From: Glycera tridactyla
Lineage: Eukaryota
Assembly: GCA_965644265.1 (NCBI GenBank)
Contig: OZ286459.1
Span: forward strand, 118,296,001-118,360,000
Direction: 5' to 3'
DNA length: 64,000 bases
Below the pieces are notes generated by a model. The model did not search any database and was not told the DNA's origin. It worked only from the letters and a program-made list of their open reading frames with translations. Every line of letters begins with the position of its first letter. Position 1 is the first letter of the stretch. The translations under genes and the position numbers were made by a program. This document shows, in pieces, positions 1-13,075 of the stretch.

Positions 1-402
1 CCATAATGCGAAGTGTGATATTTCGATATAAGCAACAGATACATGATATCTGATATATTTCATTGTGTTCATCAAACCTGATCAACTACACTGAAAGTGA
101 ACACGCGGTTCGCTGCGTCATAGAGACTTCATGACGTTTACTTTGGATTCGACTAAATGTGTTCATGCAGTTATACATTTACAGAAGTGAATCGTTATGT
201 TGTATACATGTGTATGTTGCAGTAAATGAATGAATGAGTAAATCACGAAACGTTGACAAAAGTGAAGCTAGCATTTCAGGGAAGGACAGACCAGATACCA
301 TCAATCAGCGATCTCCTGTAATCCCGGTAGTGATCTCGATGCAGGGGTGCATAACTGTGCAGAGATAGCTGAGTCAAATCTAACTTGGGTGTGAAAAATT
401 AC

Positions 403-565
403 TTTCTTGATAGAGTACTGTTTGTTGTAGTGGTATCGTCTTCAAACCTTATTCGAAGTAGGTCACTGCTATCGCAAATTGTCATTTCGAATTGAGTGCC
501 TTTATTGTATTTTATCACATGAGAGGGATATAAGGATGGGTAGCCACCATACTGCATGTATACAG
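403..565 (-). CDS. Candidate internal coding exon, unknown product
   Basis: On the minus strand, acceptor cctgtgtccttgttttgcag| and donor AGAAA|gtaatt bracket an open frame (VYMQYGGYPSLYPSHVIKYNKGTQFEMTICDSSDLLRIRFEDDTTTTNSTLSR). No family recognised. Confidence 0.25.
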
Positions 566-1973
566 CTGCAAAACAAGGACACAGGCGTGGGCCAAACACC
601 ATCAAGGCTGGGTGATAATTTGGGTATGTACCTGGGATCTGAAAGCAATAGTCCCAGGTTAGTTGTGGTACTATGGATATTACCAGCGACTACGTGAGGT
701 TCCTGCTGGTTAGAGTGGCAACTGTTGGGAATGGTTGTTCCTCTTCATTTACTAGAAGATAGATACAATGATATAAGCAAAATTTATGATTCAGATAGGC
801 TAAGCCTTTCATACTGGTCGATATTGCTTTGATTTTGAGGCATGAAGCTGAAAATCAATGGGCCATGATAATGGTTTTTCAGTAAATCAGAAGATTTCAT
901 TGCTGATTCCGCACTGGCAGTAGTTCAAGCATAATAGGTGTAAAAAAGAATTTCTGTAATTCTTTGGAAGTACATGATTATTGGAATAATCACCAAGTTG
1001 GATATATCATCCCCAAGTGGCCACTTTGTGTCAATCAGGTGAGAAAATCCGGTGAACATTTTTGGATCAAAACGCTGTTATCTTCGGTAACATGTGATTA
1101 CAACGCCAACATAACATTATCTCTTTCCGAACATGGACACGTACGAGAACATGCATTTAAAAGACAATGTGATGCCAAACCGCTTGCAAACTACATCGCC
1201 TAAAATGCTTACACACGGAACAATGTAGCATTCAATTATGGACACGAAGGATGATTCGGCAACATATGGTTTGATTGTTAATGGAAAGCTTGTGAGAGCT
1301 ACGGAGAATTATGTTTAGAATTATATAAATGTAAGAAATTCAATGCAGGCGCCAATTCCCATTGTGTCTCTCCAATAGATAATGGCTTTGAAATTGCAGA
1401 AATATCTTATATGGTAGATCACAAGATATTTTTCAGGGCTGATAATGGCCAGCTTATCTCACATCAGAAGATAGATTAAACAAAGAAATTCTATGGTCTA
1501 TGAGGCAAATGAACCATTAACAGCATACAGGAAAAAGTTCATTTCATTTTCTCTGGCTCCATAAACAGTAATGAAATACTGATTGATATGGAACTTCTGT
1601 TCGAGTTCTACCCCGACGTTCAACTTTCCGTCCAACGATTCGCTCTATCAGGAGAGCCATCCTCAGAATTCGCTATCCAATGCGCCTTCCCCAAACTGTA
1701 ATCTAGTCGTCATACGACCTGATATACATGTACCTATTTCTGATATTCGATGAAATTCAGGATTCATCTCAATGATTTGCTAGATGAGCTCACTTCTTCC
1801 TTTTGAACATTCCAAGGTTGAGATTACATAGTTTTTGCGAACTGCATGCCTTCGGGAAATCAGTAGCAACAAACAATGAGTGGATTCTCCAGCGACAGCC
1901 TCCATTCACAGATGAGTAGTTTTGTTGAAAACAGAAATAAGCTCTCATGTTCAACTGACGATACACACTGTAG

Positions 1974-2545
1974 AAGACTAGATCATCCACTGTTGAAGAT
2001 TGAAATGAATTCCATTAGGACTTCCACTGCGAGATAATCTCCACTGTCATGCTAGCACTGTACTCTCTAGGAGACTAGGTCATCCACCACTGAATGCAGC
2101 AGTGATCCCAGCTGCTTGACTGAACAAGGAAAATTTACTGTTATTCATCTGAACGATATACTCTAGGAGAATACCCTGAGAGACTAGGCCACTCATGACT
2201 GAATGCAGCGATAATCTCTGCTGTTTATCTGAACAATATCTTTAAGGAGACTAGGTCATCTACCTCTGTAGGAAGGAAAAAGCACTGCTATCGAACTAAA
2301 CAATATACCCTAAGAGACAAGGCCACTCATAACTGAATGCAGCAATGGTCCCTGATGTTTAACCGAGCAAGATACTCAAGCAGATTAGTTCATCCACCTC
2401 AGTAGGCAGGATCAAGCACTGCTATTCAAATAAATAATATACCCTAGGAGAGTAGGCCACCTACCACAGTAGGCAGCAATGAACACTACTATTCAACTGA
2501 ACAATATACTCTAAAGGACTAGGTCACCCACCACTCAAAGCAAAA
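1974..2545 (+). repeat. 67-bp minisatellite with alternating A/B monomers (134-bp higher-order unit)
   Basis: GAGACTAGG-like monomer starts at 2180, 2247, 2314, 2381, 2448 and 2515 (exact 67-bp spacing). More degenerate copies at 2071 and 1974. Confidence 0.85.
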
Positions 2546-4221
2546 GGAGTGAACTCCATGGGTTCACTCTACCCCCCGGATGAAATTTCATAACCTAAAA
2601 GAGAGTCTAAACTCTATTAGCGTCAACCACCACTGAAAAAAAATACTCCGTTGCTCGGCTAAAATCATATACTGCAGATGACCACTCAGCGTTAAAGGAT
2701 AAATGAAGTCCGCTGTACAACTAATAGTATAACCGAAGAACTATTGATGCTAGAAAGCATATACACACCCGTTCTCTATGTATATCTAAAAGACACTTTC
2801 AGTCAAGAAATTATTGACAGAAATATGTGATGCGGTTTGCCATAAATCCGGCCTGTTTGAAATGTGATTTGAATATTCGTTACAGTGATCAGTAGGTCGA
2901 TGCGATCACTTTAGTAGCTATGATACGCAAGAGATGCATAATATCTTACAGTAAAAACTTGTTCAACCACATGTATGTGTGGCAGAGATACGTCAATGTT
3001 GTTGGGATGCCGCAAATTAGGAATGTCTCAGTTTGAACCATTCTGGAAAGACGGATGGCACCGGGGAGACTTGTATTCCGTTTGGCCCTCTCATACATGG
3101 GTGACAGAGATGTGCTGCTATTGTTTACGGACCGAAAGTGGCCCAAGTCACCACTGGTGGTAATCTTCCTAGTGCCTCCGAGGGGAGCGTTTGACATGGA
3201 GGAGAATCAATAGAACATATGTAGGCAATCGCTGCGATCAGCTGACATGTCTGCTCCACGCGTACACACATTCCATCACTGGAGCCAACAGGCAACCCTG
3301 TGTGAATATACCACCAGCCGCCCGATCGCGCTGCACTACAAACAGATCAGTGGATATGGACATGCCATAAGACGAATTTGTGGGAGTTAGCGCATACATC
3401 TCTCATACAGCGGAGGTCAAGAGAAGTACAGGTACTTATTCCCAGGAATATATTGATATTTCCTTTGCTCTCTACATGTGATAGCTTCGTTGAATCTCAC
3501 TTACACATGACGGTTTGAAAATCAGGGATATTGAATATAGTGGTGATGGTAGTGGTGGCGGTGGTATTTTTGTCCAGTCCCTGATTTGCATCCCCAGTCT
3601 GATATCTATCGTCAAGAGCTCGAGCAATTAAGAATCAATCTCAGGCACAGCAGTCTCGCTGTAGGTACTTACTTTGATATAACAAACATGTGCTAAGAGT
3701 GAGCATCCACACAAAAGGATCAGTAGATGAGGGTCTATTTCCACACAATGGCTTTGACACCTCTCTCCCATAACTCCTTCGTGATAACAGTTTATCAAAT
3801 GAAACATATGGTAAATAGCCAATTATGCGACACGAACTGAACGTTTGCCTGTCTGCCATGTGTACCTACTCGCGCCTACCTGTATCTGTTCGTGTTGGTG
3901 TGCAGATGGAAATGGTGGGTGAGGTAGATGGGTGTTTGTGTGTGTATGGGGATTGTTAGTGTGTGAGCATTTTGTAAATTATGATATATGTGTGTGGGAT
4001 AAGATTCGTTTGATCGCCATCTGATTGCAGAAAAGAACCACTGCTGTCATTGATGATCTCTTACTGGTTCCGTAGAAGAAACACGGTGTTAGGGCCTGGT
4101 TTGTGGGATATGATTGATTCAAAAGCTCGTCGTGATTGAGGTCCAAGAAGCAAAAGTCTCCATGAGGCTCCATAAGTGTTTATTGTGTTATACATACCAA
4201 GTTCTATCCATCAAATATTAC

Positions 4222-4356
4222 NNNNNNNNNNNNNNNNNNNNNNNNNNNNNNNNNNNNNNNNNNNNNNNNNNNNNNNNNNNNNNNNNNNNNNNNNNNNNNN
4301 NNNNNNNNNNNNNNNNNNNNNNNNNNNNNNNNNNNNNNNNNNNNNNNNNNNNNNNN
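4222..4356. other. Assembly gap (N-run)
   Basis: Run of N. Confidence 0.99.
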
Positions 4357-4430
4357 AGAGCGTTGGCAGTTTGTTGCTGGCGAGGGTGCCAAACTGGAAG
4401 GTTGATGGTTCAAATCCCATACAAGCCAAA
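4357..4430 (+). mobile_element. Possible tRNA-derived SINE head, 5' part lost in the gap
   Basis: AGAGCG right after the gap (resembles the end of a tRNA A-box, TAGAGCG) and a B-box-like GGTTCAAATCCC at 4407-4418. No complete cloverleaf visible. Confidence 0.35.
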
Positions 4431-4521
4431 AAATAATTTGGGCATTTGGAACACATTTCATGGACCTGTTGCCAGTACAATCTGGAAATATGTCTCTGAC
4501 ATGATTTCTATCACTGAAATG

Positions 4522-4522
<1 letters not shown>

Positions 4523-4577
<55 letters not shown>
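4523..4577 (+). repeat. (TG)n microsatellite
   Basis: Perfect dinucleotide run. Confidence 0.98.
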
Positions 4578-4578
<1 letters not shown>

Positions 4579-4897
4579 AGAATGTAGGACAGACAGAAGC
4601 CATTACTCCAGATGTAGTGGTTCATAGTCTCTTATTCCTAGTAGTTTGCCCCGTCCAATAATTGCATTCCTGTACAGGTCTTTCGAGGCTTGTGTCATTC
4701 TCTCCAATGCCATCATCGGTACTCTCACAAAATGCAGAAATCTAAATCTCAATTCTAATAGGCACTGCACTTGCTCGAAATCAGAACCAAACTCACAGAT
4801 CTCAATATTTTTCCATGTAAACACCTCACTGTGAGAATCTGATGAGGTTATTCAAGAAGAATCACTGAGCAAAAAACTGATGAAAGCATCGGCTTAC

Positions 4898-5167
4898 GGC
4901 CAAAATGGGCTGGCGTTTCCTCGCTTGGTAGAATGGCCATTGTGCCGGAGACGCCACGCTGCGAACTTCCCCCCAGGCTCCCTGTCGAAATCCGACCACT
5001 GTGATATGAATTATGCAGTTTTACGACTCCGCATAACCCCATTTGGTACACTTTAACAAAGCTGCTCCAGTCATTCAGGGTCTTAATGATTCTCGCCGAT
5101 GGCACTCCATCGGCGCGCCGAGATAGTGCTTGTCTTCGCCACTGACTCTCAGCATTCCTCAAGTTGC
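4898..5167 (-). CDS. Candidate symmetric (phase 1-1) 270-bp coding exon, unknown product
   Basis: Acceptor ctcattgttttctattgcggttcag| and donor GCC|gtaagc; one frame open throughout (NLRNAESQWRRQALSRRADGVPSARIIKTLNDW...ETPAHFG); locally GC-richer than the flanks. Confidence 0.3.
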
Positions 5168-8100
5168 CTGAACCGCAATAGAAAACAATGAGCACCGACA
5201 GAAAGCCATCACTCCGCTTTCCATGCAGGCCTATAAGGAGGTACACTCCATACAAAGGAATGGATAAGATTTATCTTTGAGCTGAGAGATCTGATGAGTA
5301 CGAGGCACAGCGATTCTGGGTTACTAAGGCTGCGAGTAGGACCCCTAGGAATTGTGATGGCATTGTACTACATGGGTCATTCATTGTTACAAATCTGGTT
5401 TGTAGGTTACAGTTAATATTCGAACACATTGGCTAAGTAACCAGACACATTGCCTCGATGTATAATATACTTTGATTAAACTCAATACATTTCCATCAGG
5501 CTTGAGTGTCTGTTTTCAGCCAGTGACAGAGTCGGTAATATCTGCAGTTTCGTAGACCAGGAACGCGCAACATACATATTCCCCTGGGTTGATGCATGTC
5601 GTTAAACCCAAATCATCCAATAATCAAGCCAATTAATCCGACGAACGGTATAACCAGAAAGTTGGATGGAATTCCGAGAGATATCAGACTGAATAATGCT
5701 GCCTTGTTGTAAATTTGGAGTTACTTCCGAAAAATCAATTCCAATTCAGATACGAATAGGTCAATGGTTTGAACAAATATATGCAGAAATCTCTATCATA
5801 TACTACTGGTTTATTTGACCCAAGGTACACTTTCAACGCAGAGGCATAACGATATATCTATTTAGAAGTTGTATGATGTTAAACCACAAAAATCAATCAT
5901 TCAAGTAACCGATTATTCAACAAGCAAATTAACCAACCTACGACCGACCTACCAGACTGACGAGAGATGTTGTCGAGATGTTGTCGTTCTTGATACCGAT
6001 ACTTTTATCGCTCATCATGGACTTCCTGGCCTCATATCGGCTCTCTTTCGCTTGATATTGAATAATACGAAGCCAGGCTAATTGATAAGGGTTTTTGATG
6101 ACCCGACCGCATATCCCAGTGACATCAGTGTAATATTCTTGCAGCATCACGTATTGCAATATCTATACATATCAAACCATCATTATCTATGACACCATAT
6201 TCACACACCGCACAATCCCTATAACGGTAGTGGAAGCCCAATATATGTATCCCTTGTTCATAGTGGAACACAGTGGCCTAATGTAACTGACCTACAGAGA
6301 TGACACCTTATGAAGCAGTCCCATATTCACGGGGTAACATTGGTCAGCATTTTAATTAATTGTTACCTCCCCGTTGGACGAGCATCACAATATAGCACAC
6401 ACGGCGCTGATGTGACGTCGACACAGAACCAACCAATCTTTTTCAGTTGCTCCGGAACTTTGCCTTCTTTTTCTCTCGCCCCACTTCTTCGTGGCCAGAC
6501 ATGACAATTTGAGTTCTGAGTTGCATCATCTGTTGATTCCCGATGAAAACACAGAAGAACAAGTCATGGATGGCAGTACAGCTCATAGCTTTTATAGCCC
6601 AAGTCGAGTAGGCAATACATCAGCCCCATCGCGAGTTGCAGCGAAATTTCCATCATGGCAAATGCCGCTACCACGATATCGGTGGTCAAAAACAGCTTTT
6701 ATCGTTTAGAAATGAGACACATATAACTTTATTTGATCTTGACACGGATGGTACACCAGGCATGGAGCGGCAGGGGCCAGAGTTGGAATAGTTTTATGCT
6801 CTCACATTTCATCGTTATGTCCCTGCCGGGATATGTTACCAGCCAGCAAACAAATATTATGATCTTCGACCGGAGATGACTATTATATAGTGCGATAGAT
6901 TGATTCGAGAGTATTCGTTCTCTATGGTCATCATCCGCTTTCTGGGACAGTAAATAATGCAAGTGTCTTCCAACTGGAATTCCCCATTTTCAATCGCTAC
7001 AGAACACAGTCAGAGTGGCCAAAACATCTGACCCACGGAAACACATTGTGAATCAATCCAATGTCCACAGTGTGAGACTGTGGTCGACATTTCAATAGCA
7101 GAGATGACGCCTCGAGTGTCCATGAATATCATGAATTTCTACCTTCAGATTGACACTCGCAAAGACTTGAATGATTCCACCCGTGCCAATTGCAATGGCG
7201 TCACAATACAGCATGTAAGGCGCTGACGTGACGTTCAACCAGAACCAGTCAACCATGCATAATAATATCAAACCAGAACCACTCATCAAAAACCATTAGA
7301 CTATCTCTCCTCAGAGATGAGACACATCTGTATGGGGACAACTGGGCATGACCTCTGTGTCTTACCACTCTATATTACCCAGGTGTGAATGGGTCGAGCG
7401 TTTAGCTCATACTCATAACAGCGTGTCCTGGGCGGTGTAATCCGTGATAATTAGAGATATTCAAGCTCAACCTTGCCGGGAAAGGAATCTGGTTGTACAA
7501 GTATAGCGAGATTGCCAATGTACTAGACCGTTAAACGTTACATTAACATCAGCATTTACCACTAGATGCTATTGTCTGACAATAGGCATTTGTCACAGTG
7601 AATTACACGCTAGATGCATCCTCTCAGTCTGTACAAACTAATCTGCATAGAAGCATCCGCGTCTGCTTGCTTCACTTTGTCTGCAATTCTCAAGTGGGTC
7701 GCACGTGCTTTCACCAAGCAGAGTCTTTTCTTTTTATAATTTTGAAGATCCCTCTTCACTTATCCACCGAGAGATATCCCAGAGCACACATTTCTATTCC
7801 GGATTTCATCTGTTCCAGATGTTGACGGACACAATTTTGAAATTGTGTCAAGTTTCAACAGGTTTATAGACGAAGTAATTTGGTGACGATGTTTCCCGGA
7901 TATAGCCTATCATCATTGTCAGATAGCAGCGGTAGACTTACTGATCCTGTACATTCATTCACCTCTGATTAGATCGCAATATCGATCCTAAGATAGTGCT
8001 GGAATCTATCAGAATTCATACAAAATGATGAACTTTCCCTGATATGTCGAGGTCGGAAACCGGCTACAGGTATCTACCTAGAAAGTTCGTCTTCGTTGAC

Positions 8101-10329
8101 GGCCTACGTAGGCAGGTGGCCTCCGTATAGAAGTCGCTCTTGTATATGATACGTTTCTGGAGAACGTGCCTGGTAATTCTCGCCATCATCGCCACATCTG
8201 TTTATTGTGAAATTGCCAAATTCCGAGCGCTATCGTGAATATTCTATCGATATGGAATGATCTTTGTGGTTCCTGTATCTAGACCGATGAATTCCATCTA
8301 TCACGGAAATAAAACGAATTGGCCATTGAAGTATTTCAAAATGTTTGTCATCTCATTTTTGATGCTAGTTACCGAACAAGGTGGCTTTTTTTCAAAAGTG
8401 TCTTCGTTCATACAAAATGGCCCATCATATTTCGATGATCAGGGCCATGAAAGATCACATGACAGAATCAGCCAGTGTAATCTGATTCATTTTCCTCGAT
8501 CTACATGCATTCTCGCCGTTTTACTACAGATAGTTGGCTAATCGTGGTTGGACTTTATTCGGGGCATACCCTGACTGACAGGAAATAGTGCTTTCAGGGT
8601 ATGTATGAATACAAAGACTACCAATATTATGACCTTCTCCAAGTAGACTGGTACAGCCAACGTGTTCTGGAGGCAAAGTGATCTGAATGCTTGTCCAATG
8701 AGAGTGTGTCAGTTCTTAGGTGGAACAGCTTCGTTGTGAACAATGAATATGTTTTCATCGGTGGCAATGTAGGTGTTCGTGGTAGCTGTTTGGGCAAATT
8801 CTTCATAATCTGCCCCGGTGCTCTTGTTCGTTCGAATACCCTTATGCGTCGGCAATTGCAGCATAATATGTGACCAGATGAAGTGCATTTGTTTGAGACG
8901 GGTGCTGGGTTATGTCCTATCACTCAAAGTCTACTACAAAATCGATCAATCGATGACTCAATCGAATCAGCTTCACAGTCAGGCAATCAGCCAGTCCAAT
9001 GATATCGATTATTTAGGTTTGCGGCAAACTTTCAATCAACGGTTGGCCAAATTGCTCATCGGAATTGCCAATCTACCGACCAATTGATCCAAAGATATCA
9101 TGAATATTTCTCGTCTATCAATCATATGCATACACACATGCAGACACACACCTACACACGCACATTCAGACATACGCACAAACATACACGCAAGCGTACA
9201 CTGAGTGAGGCGGATCAACACTGCTATTTCATGATGCTGGATGGTGAAAATGCGAGTATCCACGTATTTTTTACAAAAATCAAACCGCCACAAAGGACGT
9301 AGAACCTGATGGATAGCGCAAGATAGGAATAGGTCTGCTTCAAACACACCGGACGACTCCTCTCTGACTATTTAATCAAGTATACAGGTTTTACAGATTG
9401 ATGACTCATTCGAAATTTCCGGTGAATTCTTCATAGTCTTTCCCGAAAGTATGTAGTTAAAATGTCGATATCATTTGACCAGCTCCTTTGATGATACGAT
9501 TCCCACTGGAACTTTGCAGCAGAGTCCAGGAGAATATTCGTCACTGCCCAGTGCCATGAGGGGTATTGGATTGATTGGCTAATGGACTATGTGAACATAG
9601 TGGCTCAGGCTGATTGGGTTAATGATGCTGGTCCAATCGCGTAGGTGGATGATAAGCTAGCTCTGATTGATAACCAACTTTGATTACATGCTTATGGCCG
9701 GTCTGTTTCCTAATCCAACTGGCCAATCGAGCAGCTCAATATATGGGAATGGGATAATTCTATGTTCTGGCAGATTTAATCATGACAAATCCAAGTACGT
9801 TTCTTGCGCTAAAGTCGTCATTTCTCTTTAGATTATACCTTTTGTTGGTACCTCTGTATTGTATAAGGCCTCCATGGATCACACCGGTCACTAATTTTCA
9901 CATGAATCGAACCTGGATGGGACAAGAAAAAACCCACCCGTCACTGATCTTCTTGAAGTAGTAGTAAAAACTGTTGATTTTTGAACTTCAGCTGGCTGGA
10001 ATGCTGCGTAGAAGTATTTATTCCCTCGTGATTGAGACAGCTGATGACGTATGTAACACATATTGAAGAGCTAGTTGACCATGTGGACCCATCTGGAGAT
10101 TCTCTGCACAAAGTTGACTTTGTTTGGAAGTGAAGGAATGCTGAAGTAGCCCCCGATTGATTCAGCCACGAGTCGTTCAGAGCCCCTGGAAAGGCGTGAG
10201 CTACCTACGACACAGCAATTGCGCGGGATTTTCATATTAGACCATTTATCACTGTCAGATACATATTGTGCATGCAATGAAGAAAGTTTCTAGATAATTA
10301 TTTCATCATTCTATTAGCATCTGTATCTG

Positions 10330-10865
10330 CACTGGTCCATGTATATTCCGAATCGAGGTCAAGGGTCAGCCTTGTGCACTACTTGCAGCTTGCATTTCGC
10401 ATTTTTTTGCAGGCGTAACCGATTGCCAATACGCATACTGCTTTACTCAACATCACTATGATCTAGGATTGGAAGTACAAGAGATTTATACAGTATGTAC
10501 GCTGGTGGTTGGTCTATTGAGTTCCTGGTATTTCCAATGGTGGATGGTTTTCTTTTACAATCAATTGCAGTATGCATAGTATGTCTGTCAAAACTTGTCA
10601 AACCAGGGTCCCTGCTCAGATTGGGGACAAAGAGTGACTCTGAAGCTGTATCACACATCTCAAACTCCTTCGTGCTGGTGATTGAATGTAACCAATGCCC
10701 GATCTCTCCACTCCACCTCACTCGTGTATCAATTGGCGCTCGTCTCAAGGCAGTGGTTGAAAATCTGTGAAATTTAGATAAATCTGAGTGGTTGTCTTTA
10801 CATTCCTCGAGAGTTGAGTAGGTCCAACCTTGAATCGGCATGCAAGCAAATATCATCGTAGAGTC
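10330..10865 (-). mobile_element. Decayed CR1/L2-like LINE, RT C-terminal region
   Basis: Minus-strand translation gives LYDDICL (degenerate YADD), DLSKF, and LYKSLVLPILDHSDV followed by LRLQK...KAD. This matches the LY.SLV.P.LDY.D...LQ.LQN.A.R region of CR1/L2 ORF2, with frameshifts. Confidence 0.75.
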
Positions 10866-10959
10866 GGATGAATCTCACATGATAGCAACATGCAAACCGG
10901 TGCGACTACATTTTACCACGATGGAAGTTGTCCTATTGCCGCTAGTTGAAAGTGACCGC

Positions 10960-11160
10960 TGCGTATTGTGCATGGTCCCTGACAGCTGTCTATGAGTTGT
11001 GGCAGGGGATTGAATACCATGATCCAGATGAGATATATCAGAGCTGTTATTGACCTACAGACGAGTGCTATCTGTCCGTTATGATCCGTGACCTCTACCC
11101 ACTGGTAGCGAGTTGCAGCAGGGGATTAGGTACTACAAATCCCATCTGACCTAGTGAAGC
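10960..11160 (+). repeat. Diverged direct repeat, about 116-bp period
   Basis: GAGTTGTGGCAGGGGATT at 10994 and GAGTTGCAGCAGGGGATT at 11110, with weaker similarity extending on both sides. Confidence 0.45.
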
Positions 11161-11600
11161 GAATAGTAGGCTGACACTCAACTTGATTTACCACACAGCC
11201 ACTGTCAATTTGAGAGCCTGTTATGGGCCTCACTCTACGATCACGGACACCAACTGCCATTCTTTCTCCCTGCAGATCCTATGTTGAATATAGTCGGGTT
11301 CTTCTCCAAAAAGTATACTGTCTGCTATCTTTTACTACACATGCGATGACCGTCTCTCCTCCCGACACCCCCAGTCGGGAGCTGGAGACACAAGAAGAAG
11401 GCTTCATTCTACACACATTTCTGATTGTAATCGACTCTTTCAAAGTTTGATTGGCCTTTGATAACACACTGAGGCCGTGTCGTGAAGCTGTTTTGGCGCT
11501 GAGTTGTCCTACATGGTGGTCACGCCCTATTTTCATGCATCGCCTAACCCCCTCCTCCCCATTTACTGGCCGATCATTCGCATCACCGCGCCACTATTAC

Positions 11601-11765
11601 CGATAAATACGCAACGCTGCTCCCCAAATCAGTGCGCTATTGAAAGTAGTCCTACTGAAGACTTCTCTGATTCTTAACCCCTGCAGACTTGCGAAACGAT
11701 CATCTTTTCCGACCGATATCCCCAATTCAATGTTGATGTCCCACATTTCTTTGAGGCGGTCTTTC
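11601..11765 (-). CDS. Candidate symmetric 165-bp coding exon, unknown product
   Basis: Pyrimidine tract ending ctcgag| (atypical G at -3) and donor CG|gtaata; open frame KDRLKEMWDINIELGISVGKDDRFASLQGLRIREVFSRTTFNSALIWGAALRIY. Confidence 0.2.
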
Positions 11766-12944
11766 CTCGAGAAAATAGGGCGACAGTGTGAAAATATATA
11801 TGTAATTAAGCAGCAAATGCTATGCTGGTGATTTTCACTATGTTGAACACAAGTAGGCCCAATCAATCTTTCCCGGCTCCTGTTCCGACAGGGGTGCAAC
11901 TAGGAGGTGTCAAAATGATCTTCTACTGTCCTTCGTTCTCACGGAATGAGTCAAGTAGCTGGCCACGATTGAAGAAGAGCTGGGACATGCACGATCACAC
12001 ATACCTACATGACCTGTCTCTTGCATGGGGAAAGCTCCGTTGTCTGCAGACAGCTGAGTACTGTTCACCTCACTTCACCTATGTGTGAAAGGATACGCGA
12101 CCATAGGCATTGGTAGTGATGGTAGAATGCTGAGCTCGCGTGTGCAAGATTCATATGAGTTGGACTGTATTTTACATCGAAAGACGTCTCTGATTCCGCA
12201 ACCCCCATGCCCTCCACAACCAATCCCACATACCCTCTTTATGTGAGATATAGGATGTATAGATAACATAATTGAGTAGACTTAATTTAGTTATTCGTCT
12301 GCACCTGAAATACTTCGATTAATTGTGTGTTACTGTGTTTGAGTTGACAAAACAAAATAAAGGTTTCAAATAAAAATCGAATCAAAGATGGGGTAGGTTC
12401 GGGAAGGTTTTGACTCACTTGATATGTGAAGCGAACAGACAAAACGTCACCGCATGCATAGATACCGCACTTCGGAAGCCATTTGTGCCCAGAGTCATTG
12501 TCTGCAACTATGCGACCCGACCCTCCCTCTCCATATCAAAGAGGGTAAAATGCTTTATCTATGCGCGGAGGTGGATATTCGCAGGCTAGAATGCGCCCCT
12601 TCGTCGTCTCGATGGCTTTCATGGTGCCTGTGAATCGTATCTTCGCTTCACGTCAGATGCACATTGGCTACCAGAGAACGCCTATTCACGTGTAGTTTGA
12701 TGATTGAATAGGCCAACAGAAAGCACCGATTGGACACACTCCCCAACACTTGATCAGCATTTTGCACTATTCCAGAGTGTGAAGGTGCTCGTAGTGACAA
12801 CTTGTTAGAAACCTGACGTGCTCAATATGCTTCTTAGATGTCATCAAATTTCAAGATGAACATTAGACAAGAGACATAGCTTCGGTTTGACGCAACAGGC
12901 GACTTAGCAGCAGAATTAGAATTGATACAGACCACGCAGATCAC

Positions 12945-13075
12945 TCACTACCTCACTCATTCTATCCTCACTCAATCATCCGCTCAGTCATTCGATCAAT
13001 TGATTAATCATATATAATTCACTCATTCGAATCATCATCTTTCATATCATGAAAAGATCATACTGTTCATTAACT
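12945..13075 (+). repeat. Degenerate (CACT/CATT)n low-complexity tract
   Basis: Repeated cactc/cattc/atca motifs. Confidence 0.55.

Noticed and set aside
2071-2545. CRISPR-like regularly spaced repeats
   Set aside because: Entire 67-bp units are homologous, there are no unique spacers or cas genes, and the context is eukaryotic.
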